Source: Rhodothermales bacterium
Lineage (GTDB): Bacteria; Bacteroidota; Rhodothermia; Rhodothermales; VXPQ01
Direction: 5' to 3'
DNA length: 64,000 nt
Assembly (NCBI GenBank): GCA_965116435.1
Contig: OZ220686.1
Coordinates: 1,082,844 to 1,146,843, forward strand
The number at the start of each line of letters is the position of its first letter. Position 1 is the first letter of the stretch. A program made the position numbers and the translations under genes. The notes under the pieces were generated by a model. It saw only the letters and a list, made by a program, of their open reading frames with translations. It made no database searches and had not been told where the DNA came from. Positions 30,987-39,489 of this stretch are shown piece by piece.

Positions 30987-31013
30987 GAACTGAAGAAAAA
31001 ACCCTGGAACTGA

Positions 31014-31262
31014 GTGAACTGCTTCATAATTAAGATTGATGCAAAAAACCGATATTTTAGTCCGGACCATGGACAAATCTGCCAGACCATCAAGACCCAG
31101 ATGCTCTGGGGCGAGACGACCTGTCGGGTATGGCTATCCAACCGCGATTCGATGGTCCGCGTCCCTGCATCCAGGCTGCCCCCCCTGAAGGATTCAAGAA
31201 CAAGAACCGCTACCGGAAATGACGCCTCTCCTTATCTTACGGGTTACAGGAGGTACCCATGA
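31014..31262 (+). CDS. Doubtful 82-codon ORF in the helicase-pglZ spacer; its stop overlaps the pglZ ATG
   Basis: ORF-track entry. It ends ..YRRYP* with TGA overlapping the ATG of pglZ (ATGA). The segment GQICQTIKTQMLWGETTCRVWLSNRDSMVRVPASRLPPL could be a small beta-rich domain or a gene remnant. There is no independent support. Confidence 0.2.
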   Translation: MNCFIIKIDAKNRYFSPDHGQICQTIKTQMLWGETTCRVWLSNRDSMVRVPASRLPPLKDSRTRTATGNDASPYLTGYRRYP

Positions 31263-33265
31263 GTAACTGGCGCGACCAGATTCTCAGGGAGTTCACTCCC
31301 CATGTCGCCCGGCTGACCCTGGTTGCCGATCCAGACGGGCTGCTCCTGGAAGAAGGGGTTATTGGGAGCATACGCGAGCGTGGTTTTGAATTGATTCCGT
31401 TCGAGGATCATGTCGCCTTTCGCTACGCCTACGAATCCAGATTTCGCTCCCGCTGGGATCAGGGTGAGCAGACGGATTTGGTAGTCGTGCTGCGCTCTGC
31501 GGAGAGCGACCTCGGCTATCTGCCATACGATCTGCTCCAGGCAGGTCGCAAATTTTCATTCAACCTCGGGGATATCTTCCCCAGCCTGAGCTATCCAATC
31601 GTGACCGCCTTGGATCGGGGGGATCTGGATGCGCTCTACGAAGCCCAGAAGCAGCAGCACCCCGGAGTGCTGGGCGACAATGCTACAAAGGAATTCGTTC
31701 TGTGCCATGTCTTTGAGATCGATCCAGAACTCATCCGCAAGCCGTCCGATCTACTGCGGGTGCTGCTGCGCCGCCACTATCGGGAACAGCACATCCCCGC
31801 TTTGCTTGACGAGCGCTTTATTCAGATCCTGCGCCAACAGAGCGATTTTGAAGGGTGGCCCCTCGAAACGATTATCCCGGATCGAGAAGCCTTTTTCGCC
31901 TTTCTCCAGGAACGCTGGCCCATCTTCTTAAATCGGGCGGCAACCCAGGTTACCACCAGCACTCGCGAGGATGAGAAGCCCTGCGACCTTGAGTATCCCG
32001 GTCCTTCGAACTTGCCCTTCGACCATGACGACATCCGTGTCTATATCGACAACCTCTTTGTTGAAGGACTGCTTGAAGCGGTTGCCCATGATCAAGCCAA
32101 GTCGCTCTCCAGGACTTGGCTCGCCATAGGCATCCGAACGGACGAGCATGCGGACCGGGCGAGGCGCGTGGAGGGACTCCTCGATACCTTGGCGTCCGAT
32201 ATTCCGAATGAGGACACGCGGCACGAGGACTGGTTTCACTTTGCCAAAACCTGGGCGGAGCTTGTAGCGTTGGTGCTGGGTCCGAATGCGGTACTGCCGG
32301 AACCGGCGCGGCAGAAGATGGGAGCGCTTCAAGCTCAGATCGATGCCGCACTCGTGCCGTGGCTAACAAAACGCTACGCAGGATTGGTCAGCCTGCCTCC
32401 GGTTCCTCCGGTCATGCTCCATCATATTCCCCGTTTCCTCTCCCGCCATATTCACAATGGGAACCAACACAAGGTTGCGTTTATCCTGATGGACGGCCTT
32501 GGGCTGGATCAGTGGATCGTCATCCGAAAAGAAATCGCCAAACAGCGAGCCAATTACCGCTTTCGTGAGAACGCCGTGTTTGCCTGGATACCGACCATCA
32601 CGTCTGTTTCGCGCCAGGCTGCTTTTGCAGGAAAACCACCGATCTATTTCCCGAACAGCATCCATACCACCGACAAAGAACCGGCGTTGTGGACACAATT
32701 TTGGGCCGACCAAGGGCTTACACAGCAGGAAGTCGCATATGCCAAGGGACTGGGGAACGGCCCCCTGGAAAGTGTGGAGGAGATTGTTGCCCGGCCCAAG
32801 ACGCGGGTGGTCGGTCTGGTTGTCGACAAAGTGGACAAGATCATGCACGGCATGGAACTTGGCGCAAAGGGCATGCACAACCAGGTTCGCCAGTGGGCCG
32901 AGGGGCCATTCATGACGCAACTGTTTGACTTGCTTCTGGAAAACGGATTTCGTGTTTACCTGTCGTCGGATCACGGCAATATTGAAGCATCAGGTTGCGG
33001 CCGACCTGCAGAAGGAGCCGTGGCAAACCTGCGCGGAGAACGTGCTCGGATTTATTCCGATTCCTTGCTGCGAGGTCGGGTTAAGGAACGCTTCCCGGAC
33101 GCTTTGGAATGGCCTCCTATCGGGCTGCCGGAGGATTATTGGCCCCTGCTTGCTCCGCCTCGCGCCGCGTTTGTGCCCAAGACCAGAAACCTTGTCGGGC
33201 ATGGCGGCGTCGCTCTCGAAGAACTCATCGTCCCGCTTGTTCGGATTGAAAGAAGAGACACATGA
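31259..33265 (+). CDS. pglZ: PglZ alkaline-phosphatase-superfamily protein (BREX)
   Basis: 668 aa. The PglZ core reads VAFILMDGLGLDQW, FAWIPTITSVSRQAAFAG, VDKVDKIMHG and VYLSSDHGNIEA. Confidence 0.85.
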   Translation: MSNWRDQILREFTPHVARLTLVADPDGLLLEEGVIGSIRERGFELIPFEDHVAFRYAYESRFRSRWDQGEQTDLVVVLRSAESDLGYLPYDLLQAGRKFSFNLGDIFPSLSYPIVTALDRGDLDALYEAQKQQHPGVLGDNATKEFVLCHVFEIDPELIRKPSDLLRVLLRRHYREQHIPALLDERFIQILRQQSDFEGWPLETIIPDREAFFAFLQERWPIFLNRAATQVTTSTREDEKPCDLEYPGPSNLPFDHDDIRVYIDNLFVEGLLEAVAHDQAKSLSRTWLAIGIRTDEHADRARRVEGLLDTLASDIPNEDTRHEDWFHFAKTWAELVALVLGPNAVLPEPARQKMGALQAQIDAALVPWLTKRYAGLVSLPPVPPVMLHHIPRFLSRHIHNGNQHKVAFILMDGLGLDQWIVIRKEIAKQRANYRFRENAVFAWIPTITSVSRQAAFAGKPPIYFPNSIHTTDKEPALWTQFWADQGLTQQEVAYAKGLGNGPLESVEEIVARPKTRVVGLVVDKVDKIMHGMELGAKGMHNQVRQWAEGPFMTQLFDLLLENGFRVYLSSDHGNIEASGCGRPAEGAVANLRGERARIYSDSLLRGRVKERFPDALEWPPIGLPEDYWPLLAPPRAAFVPKTRNLVGHGGVALEELIVPLVRIERRDT

Positions 33266-34038
33266 GCACAGGGAGAGACCGACGGCACAGCCAGATTGGC
33301 CTGGATCGGCTTGTTCGGCTTGACTGGTTAGAGCAAACTGCCTATCTGGTCCTGGCCGGGAACGAAGCGCATAAAATGAAAACTATCCTGCAGGAGGAAC
33401 TTTCAGATGCGTTCCGCTCCAGCAACGCCGATGTGCGAGGTTCGCTCGACAAAACAATCACCATTTTGTTGAGGATTTGGGCGGGCGTTTCAGGCAATCT
33501 CCATCCACTTCGGGAAGATGGGCTCAATCTACTCTCAAGCCTGCCTCGGAAAGACCATATTGCAGTTCATTGGGGTATGACCATGGCGGTTTACCCTTTT
33601 TGGGGTTCGGTCGCCGCCCATACAGGACGGCTACTCAGGCTTCAAGGCACGGCGGCAAGCGATCAAATACAGCGCAGAGCGCGGGAGCAATACGGAGAGC
33701 GCGAAACGGTCTCTCGTCGAGTTCGCTATGTGCTGCGCAGCTTTATTGACTGGAACGTACTGGAAGAGACGCGAGTCAAGGGGACTTACAGCCAAGGAAA
33801 CCACTATCTGGTTGAAGAACCCAAGCTCATTGCCTGGATGATGGAAGCATCCCTCCACGCCCGGGTGAACGGGTCGGCCGCCATAAAAGACCTGCTCGAC
33901 AGCCCGAGCATCTTTCCCTTCCGATTAACCCATATCTCAGCCGAACATGTGGCGTCGCTCTCGCCTCGTCTGAATATCCTTCGGCACGGACTGGATGACA
34001 ACCTTGTGATGCTACATGAAAAAGGAAGGAGAACATGA
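33262..34038 (+). CDS. Uncharacterised 258-aa protein, translationally coupled to pglZ; candidate BrxA-like component
   Basis: ATGA overlap with the pglZ stop. It is helical-looking, with no TM segment or catalytic motif that I can see. The BrxA assignment rests on its position as last gene of a type-3-like operon and on size only. I cannot confirm sequence similarity from memory. Confidence 0.4.
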   Translation: MSTGRDRRHSQIGLDRLVRLDWLEQTAYLVLAGNEAHKMKTILQEELSDAFRSSNADVRGSLDKTITILLRIWAGVSGNLHPLREDGLNLLSSLPRKDHIAVHWGMTMAVYPFWGSVAAHTGRLLRLQGTAASDQIQRRAREQYGERETVSRRVRYVLRSFIDWNVLEETRVKGTYSQGNHYLVEEPKLIAWMMEASLHARVNGSAAIKDLLDSPSIFPFRLTHISAEHVASLSPRLNILRHGLDDNLVMLHEKGRRT

Positions 34039-34180
34039 ATAGCCTGCTTAAAGGTCACAGCTAAGCACGTAATGTTCGCCCGCCGCGCCGATAACGTTTT
34101 TGCTGATCTTGCCCATTTACCTGATCGTTATCTGTATAAATCACCCTTTTACCTTCCCGACGCAAAAGAGGCGCGTTACA

Positions 34181-35551
34181 TCACCCCCTCCCCATCCAGT
34201 ACGCCTCGATTTCTTCCAGGGTGCGGCCTTTTGTTTCTGGCATTACCTTCCAGCCAAGCCAGATGGCCGGAGAGCATAGTGCGGCGAACAGCCAGAAGGT
34301 CCCGGCGGGCGACAACGTATCCAGCAGCCACGGCACGGTCTGCCCCACCAGCGCCGTCCCGCCCCACAGCGCAAAGGTGGCGATGGACATGGCCCGGCCC
34401 CGCACCCGCGTGGGGTACATCTCCGCAAGCAACACCCAGATGACCGGTCCGAACGACGCCGCGAAGCAGGCGATGTAGATCAGAATGAAGACGAGCAGCC
34501 AGGGGCCCTCCGTCACGCCAAACCAGAACAGCCCGCCGATCACCAGCAGCGACACCACCAGCCCGGATACGCCCCCGATCAGGAGCGGCCTTCGTCCCAA
34601 ATCGTCTATTTTCCAGATGGCGACCAGGGTGAACAGCACATTCACCACGCCGATCACCACCTGTCCGCCCAGCGCATCGCCCAGTGTGAACCCGGCCTCT
34701 TCCAGAATCCTCGGCCCGTAATAAATAATGGCGTTGATGCCGCTCACCTGCGTCAGAAAACCCAGCGCCACGCCCAGCAGAATCGAAAACCGGATGCCCC
34801 GATGCCCCAGAATGCGCTTCCAGGATTCCGGCTCCTGCGCCAGCGCCGTCTCTATGTCCGCCACCTGCCCGGCGGCAGTCTCCGCATCCGCCACCTGCGC
34901 CAGAATGTTTCGGGCTTCGCCGGAGCGGCGACGGGCCACCAGCCAACGCGGGCTTTCCGGCACCATCAACAGCAAGGCAAGGAAGCACAGCGCAGGCACG
35001 GCTTCGCTGCCGAGCATGCCGCGCCACACCTCGTCCCCGGCGAAAATGCCTTCGGACACGGCGGGCGCCCTGTGCAACAACCAGGCATTCACGAAATACG
35101 AGGTCAGAATGCCGACCGTGATAGCCAACTGATACATGGCCACCATGCGGCCCCGTACGCGCGAAGGCGACACCTCGGAGATGTACAGCGGAGACAGCAT
35201 GGAAGCCACCCCCACGCCCACGCCGCCCACCAACCGGTACGCGATGAGCATGAAATGCCCGCCCGAATACGCGCACCCTATCGCGGAAAGAAAAAACAGC
35301 GCGGCGGCCAGCATCAGGACGCGCTTGCGCCCGAACCGGTCGCTCAGAAAGCCCGCCACAGAAACACCCAGAATGCACCCGATCAGCGCCGAACTGACGT
35401 ACCACCCCTCCATGACCGGGCCGAGGCCGAATTTGTCCTTGACAAACCCGATCGTGCCGGAAATCACCGCCGTATCGTAGCCAAACAGGAACCCGCCAAG
35501 CGATGCAATGAGGGCGAGGCGCCACAAATAACTGGAGGAAGAACGCGACAT
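34181..35551 (-). CDS. MFS sugar porter (XylE/GalP-like)
   Basis: Start at MSRSSSSYLWRLALIASLGGFLFGYDTAVISG (35551). Sugar-porter signatures are GRKRVLMLAA, PESPRWL and PETKGRTLEEIE. Confidence 0.9.
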   Translation of the reverse strand: MSRSSSSYLWRLALIASLGGFLFGYDTAVISGTIGFVKDKFGLGPVMEGWYVSSALIGCILGVSVAGFLSDRFGRKRVLMLAAALFFLSAIGCAYSGGHFMLIAYRLVGGVGVGVASMLSPLYISEVSPSRVRGRMVAMYQLAITVGILTSYFVNAWLLHRAPAVSEGIFAGDEVWRGMLGSEAVPALCFLALLLMVPESPRWLVARRRSGEARNILAQVADAETAAGQVADIETALAQEPESWKRILGHRGIRFSILLGVALGFLTQVSGINAIIYYGPRILEEAGFTLGDALGGQVVIGVVNVLFTLVAIWKIDDLGRRPLLIGGVSGLVVSLLVIGGLFWFGVTEGPWLLVFILIYIACFAASFGPVIWVLLAEMYPTRVRGRAMSIATFALWGGTALVGQTVPWLLDTLSPAGTFWLFAALCSPAIWLGWKVMPETKGRTLEEIEAYWMGRG

Positions 35552-35558
35552 ACTGCGG

Positions 35559-36494
35559 TTACAGAGAGGGAGACGAAGGCGACGACGCGGAGGATACCGA
35601 ACGCACCGTTTCCATAAAACGACGAAGCACCGGATCCGCATTGTCTTCCAGCCAGGCCATTCTGAGCACGAGACGGGGCGCTGGGCCGGCCAGCGGCACG
35701 AACCGCACCTCCTGCACGTCCGACCGGTTCTGCAGGGACGCCGGCGCAAACGCCACCCCCAGACCCGCCGCCGCCATACCCAGCGCTACGCCGATCCGGT
35801 TCGCCCGCTGCGCTATGCGCGGCCCGAATCCCGCCTGCCGACACACCTCCACAAGGCCGTCGAACAAGGCCGGCTCGAACGCCCGATCCACCAGAATAAA
35901 CGATTCGTCGGCCAGATCGGCCAACGCGACTTCCGACGCGGCGGCGCGCGGATGATGCGCCGGGAACGCCAGCATGATCTCGTCGCGAGCCACCGCCTCG
36001 GACGCAAATTCTTCGGGAAAAGCGCTGCCGAACGCAGCGGAAACAGTTCGCCGCCGGAGCGCATCCGGTTGTTCGTGCGTCCGCATCTCGCGCAAAGCAA
36101 TCCCGACGCGGGGATTTTGCACCTGGAACCGGCGCAGGCAACGCGGCAGGACGCCGTACATGGCGTATCCCGTAAAACCGACAACCAGGCGCCCCTCCTC
36201 TCCGCGGGCGGCTTGCTGCACTTCCTGACGGACAAGCTCCACCTGGTCCAGCATGTGGCGGGCTTTCTCTACAAACGCCGCGCCCGCCCCGGTCAACTCC
36301 ACGGCATGCCCGCTCCTGTCGAACAATTGCACCTCCAGCTCCTCCTCGAGGCGTCGGATATGCCGACTCAACGTAGGCTGGGCCAAGGCAAGGCGTTCGG
36401 CGGCCCGGCTAAAGTTTTTGTCTTCGGCGGCGGCGAGAAACGAAAGAATGTGCTGGGTATCCACGACCGGCGAAACGGACAGGGAGAGGAACAT
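35559..36494 (-). CDS. LysR-family transcriptional regulator
   Basis: The N-terminal HTH is LSFLAAAEDKNFSRAAERLALAQPTLSRHIRRLEEELEVQLFDR. A LysR substrate-binding-like C-terminal domain follows. Confidence 0.9.
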   Translation of the reverse strand: MFLSLSVSPVVDTQHILSFLAAAEDKNFSRAAERLALAQPTLSRHIRRLEEELEVQLFDRSGHAVELTGAGAAFVEKARHMLDQVELVRQEVQQAARGEEGRLVVGFTGYAMYGVLPRCLRRFQVQNPRVGIALREMRTHEQPDALRRRTVSAAFGSAFPEEFASEAVARDEIMLAFPAHHPRAAASEVALADLADESFILVDRAFEPALFDGLVEVCRQAGFGPRIAQRANRIGVALGMAAAGLGVAFAPASLQNRSDVQEVRFVPLAGPAPRLVLRMAWLEDNADPVLRRFMETVRSVSSASSPSSPSL

Positions 36495-36499
36495 GCAAG

Positions 36500-36752
36500 G
36501 GATGCACTGATCAAATCCACTTCGATCAGCGCTTCACGTACGCAAGTAGCGTTTGTAATGATTCCATCGGTAAAATCATCGGAAAACACGGCGCTTGGCG
36601 GCGTCGGGGTCGTGAAGCGCCCTTCGGGAGGCAGCGAGGAGTGTGCTGGCGGCGTCATTCCTCATTACGTGGGGCCTGCCACGCTGCTTCGTCATTCCTT
36701 GCCAGCACACCCCTCGCTGCCTCTGATCTTCGCGGACTTAATCAGTGCATCC
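36500..36752 (+). mobile_element. MITE-like element, full copy 3
   Basis: GGATGCACTGATCAAATCCACTTCGATCAG ... CTGATCTTCGCGGACTTAATCAGTGCATCC. It lies between lysR and its divergent neighbour. Confidence 0.85.
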
Positions 36753-36958
36753 CTGGAATTGCATAAAGATAGGGACTTCCATGCAATGTATGCATAGGCA
36801 AAATACAGGGTCGCAAACCGGGTGACAATTTTTTCGACAGCTCGCTTGCACAATTGAGGGGGGGGGGCTTATACTACAGTACATACGTGCGCGTGAGGCC
36901 GTATCAGGCATTGGCCTGAAGGTGCTCATGCGCTCCATTCAGACTCGGAAAATGCACC

Positions 36959-37594
36959 TTGAAACACGAGGAAAACGCCATGACTACACGTCTGCCGAAC
37001 CGTTTTATCCATACCATGTGCCTGCCGATCCTTGCGCTGGCGCTTCTTGCGGGCTGCAACGATAGCTCCAAGGACACAGTGTCCCTCGGTACGGACTCGG
37101 ACAACGAAACTGCCTTGCGCGAGGCAGGGATGAAATACGCCAAGCGCCTGAGGGCAGCGATACAGCCCCTGTCCATGCTCGAAAGGGACTATGCGGCTGG
37201 CGACATCTCTGCCGAGGAATTGTACACGAAATCCCGGACCATCCTTGACGAAATTGCCGAAGACGAAGCCATTGCGCAGACGGCCATCGAATTTGTTGGC
37301 CCCAGATTTCTGAATCGCATGCTCCAGGACAAAAACGCCCCGAAAGAGGGCGTCGGGTATTTCACGGAGATGCTGATGTCCATAGAATCCCCCAACGCAG
37401 ACATGATTCTTGAGGCGCTGCACGCGCTGGACGGCTATTGGACAGAAGAACACATCCGAACGACCGCCCACGAATCCATACGGAACGCAGAGGAATGGAT
37501 CTCCCGCACAGACGCCGGGGTGCGCTACCAAGATAGAGATCGCACGGCCATCATCGCCAGCGTACAGCATCTTCAGTCGCTTGCTTCGCTTTGA
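36959..37594 (+). CDS. Hypothetical lipoprotein
   Basis: MKHEENAMTTRLPNRFIHTMCLPILALALLAGCNDSS contains a lipobox. The alternative start is 36980. The body is helical and acidic with no recognisable family. Confidence 0.55.
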   Translation: MKHEENAMTTRLPNRFIHTMCLPILALALLAGCNDSSKDTVSLGTDSDNETALREAGMKYAKRLRAAIQPLSMLERDYAAGDISAEELYTKSRTILDEIAEDEAIAQTAIEFVGPRFLNRMLQDKNAPKEGVGYFTEMLMSIESPNADMILEALHALDGYWTEEHIRTTAHESIRNAEEWISRTDAGVRYQDRDRTAIIASVQHLQSLASL

Positions 37595-37603
37595 GCGCGG
37601 GCG

Positions 37604-38419
37604 TCATGGGGTCTGCAGGAAGCACTGATCAAGTCCACTTCGATCAGCGCTTCCTTGAAGTTGATCTGCGAGGTCCTCGAAGTTTCGGGCTACGATATCG
37701 ACCGAGGCGTCCGGGACAAGGTCCGTCGTTTGGGCCGGGCCGTATTCTGTGGTTCGATAGACAAAGGCGGCGCTGAACCCCGCGGCCTGCGCCGCCAGCA
37801 GATCGGCATTGTGGGCGGCCACCATCATCACCTGTTGCGGGCGAAGGCCAAGCAACCGGGCCGCCGTCAGGTACGCCTCCGGGTCGGGCTTGTAACGATG
37901 CGCCAGTTCTGCGGACAGGATGCAATCCCAACGCAGGTCGGCCCACTTCGCCATGTTGGTCAAGAGCGCCATATTTCCATTAGAGAGGGGCGCCACGAGG
38001 AAGCGGCGGCGCAACCGCGCCAGCCCTGCCCGGGTGTCCGGCCAGGGATCGAGCCGATGCCATGCGCGGTTCAGATGATCTTTCTCGGCCTCGGCGAGCC
38101 CTTCAATCCGAAACTGGACCAGCAATTCGTCCAGAATCATCCGATGGAGCGCGTCGATGTTCAACCAGGGCAGTTCGCCCGTGCGCACGCGGTGCATGCA
38201 CGGCTCGTATCCGGCCCGCCACGCATCGGCAAATTCCTCCCAGTCCACGGTCAGCGCTTTCTGCTCGCCCAGCGCCCGCCCCTCGCGAACAATGGCGCTT
38301 CGCCAATCAACGACCGTCCCGAAAACATCGAAGGTCAGCGCTTTTATGGAGGAAAGGTTCACGGGAGAAAGATTCATAGAAAAAAGATTCACGGAGGCCT
38401 TGTGTTCATCCACGCGCAT
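37604..38419 (-). CDS. Type II (L-2-) haloacid dehalogenase, HAD superfamily
   Basis: FDVFGTVVDW provides the DxxGT nucleophile motif. Other matches are LSNGN, SAELAHRYKPDPEAY and MVAAHNADLLAAQAAG. The start ATG overlaps the upstream stop (TAATG). The last ~15 codons (..SADRSGLDQCFLQTP*) are read from the MITE-type hairpin at 37618-37653. Confidence 0.8.
   Translation of the reverse strand: MRVDEHKASVNLFSMNLSPVNLSSIKALTFDVFGTVVDWRSAIVREGRALGEQKALTVDWEEFADAWRAGYEPCMHRVRTGELPWLNIDALHRMILDELLVQFRIEGLAEAEKDHLNRAWHRLDPWPDTRAGLARLRRRFLVAPLSNGNMALLTNMAKWADLRWDCILSAELAHRYKPDPEAYLTAARLLGLRPQQVMMVAAHNADLLAAQAAGFSAAFVYRTTEYGPAQTTDLVPDASVDIVARNFEDLADQLQGSADRSGLDQCFLQTP
37618..37653 (+). repeat. Isolated copy of the MITE 5'-terminal hairpin
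   Basis: GGAAGCACTGATCAAGTCCACTTCGATCAGCGCTTC matches the first ~36 nt of the full copies. It is itself a 13-bp stem with an 11-nt loop. The loop AAGTCCACTTC gives plus orientation. Confidence 0.75.
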
Positions 38420-39273
38420 TAATCAATCCGGGCCGACCGAACCGGCTCTTCCATTTGCCGTAGCCAGTGCGCGAGGCCGTGGCCGATGACCACCATGCGG
38501 ACGACCAGCCCCGGATGGCGCACGTACCGCGCTACCATGGCCCGCGCCGCCCCCGGCATGTCGATGCGATCCGGGGAAAGGTGCGCAAGGGAGGGCGCCG
38601 CTGCTTGCGCTCGCGCCAGTACCTGCTGGATCGCGCGCTGGATCGTCCCGTCTTGCTGGCGCGGCGCGAGGCCCGCATGGATGACGGCGAGCAAGGCGGG
38701 CCAATGGGCAAGGTGTCGCCAGAGCGTAGCGAGGCCGGGTTCGTCTGGCGCGGCGCCGAAGCGATTCAGACGGTGCAGGAGGTTCCATGTATCCGCGGCC
38801 ATATCGGCTTGCGCAAGCAGAGGAGGTAAGGTCGGCCAAGGCGAGGGCGGCGGCGGAACCGGCCCGTTCGCAGGCACCCCGGAAGGGGTCGCAACAAGGC
38901 CAGAGAGCGCCATCAGGTTCAGCCCGTTCGAACGGTTATAGGCGGCGAGGATCGCCCGGATCGCCGGCAAATCCCCAGCAGAAACGCCCGCCGAATCCAG
39001 CGGGCCGAGCGCAAGGGGATCAGGCATCGGCAACGCGACGCCCTCAAGCGTCCTGCATAATGCGGCGTCAGGCTGGCCAGACGCATACATGGGCTTCGCC
39101 GCCGCCCAGACGGCGCGCAACCCCCCTTCCACACCGGCGAGCATACGCCAGATCGACGTGACCAGCGGAAGTTGCATGGTCTGACGGATGTCTGCAAAAA
39201 GCGTGGCGGTTTCGCCCGTCGCCTCGGCCTCGGCCAACGCCGACACCGGATCGTGGCGGTATTCCCCGGTCAT
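38419..39273 (-). CDS. DehI-family (group I, D- or DL-2-) haloacid dehalogenase-like protein
   Basis: Start at MTGEYRHDPVSALAEAEATGETATLFADIRQTMQLPLVTSIWRMLAGVEGGLRAVW (39273). A second half repeats the same theme (TLWRHLAHWPALLAVIHAGL), consistent with the DehI pseudo-dimeric repeat. The family call is from memory of the DehI pattern. Confidence 0.55.
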   Translation of the reverse strand: MTGEYRHDPVSALAEAEATGETATLFADIRQTMQLPLVTSIWRMLAGVEGGLRAVWAAAKPMYASGQPDAALCRTLEGVALPMPDPLALGPLDSAGVSAGDLPAIRAILAAYNRSNGLNLMALSGLVATPSGVPANGPVPPPPSPWPTLPPLLAQADMAADTWNLLHRLNRFGAAPDEPGLATLWRHLAHWPALLAVIHAGLAPRQQDGTIQRAIQQVLARAQAAAPSLAHLSPDRIDMPGAARAMVARYVRHPGLVVRMVVIGHGLAHWLRQMEEPVRSARID

Positions 39274-39489
39274 GATATCGTCCCCTTCGCGCAATCGTCC
39301 CCGTTTCCGCGCAGGCGTCTTTTCGTTCCTTCCCGCATTGCTGCATTTCATGCGCCAACCCCGGCGAAACCTGAATGTAGCAAACCCTGCGCCACGGGCA
39401 GTATACGGAAAATCGCCACGACCGAGGAAAGCGAGACGAAAAAGGGCCGTTCCGGCGCGCCCGCGACAGCAAGACAGCATCATGAGGAT

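Noticed and set aside
34039-34180. Right-hand att site (direct repeat of the tRNA-Asn 3' end) and an integrase for the defence island
   Set aside because: No copy of GGTTCGAGTCCTACCCGGGGAGCCA, or a substantial part of it, is visible here or elsewhere in the island. No integrase or recombinase-like ORF exists between 19.3 and 34.2 kb. The island boundary is therefore inferred from composition and gene content only.
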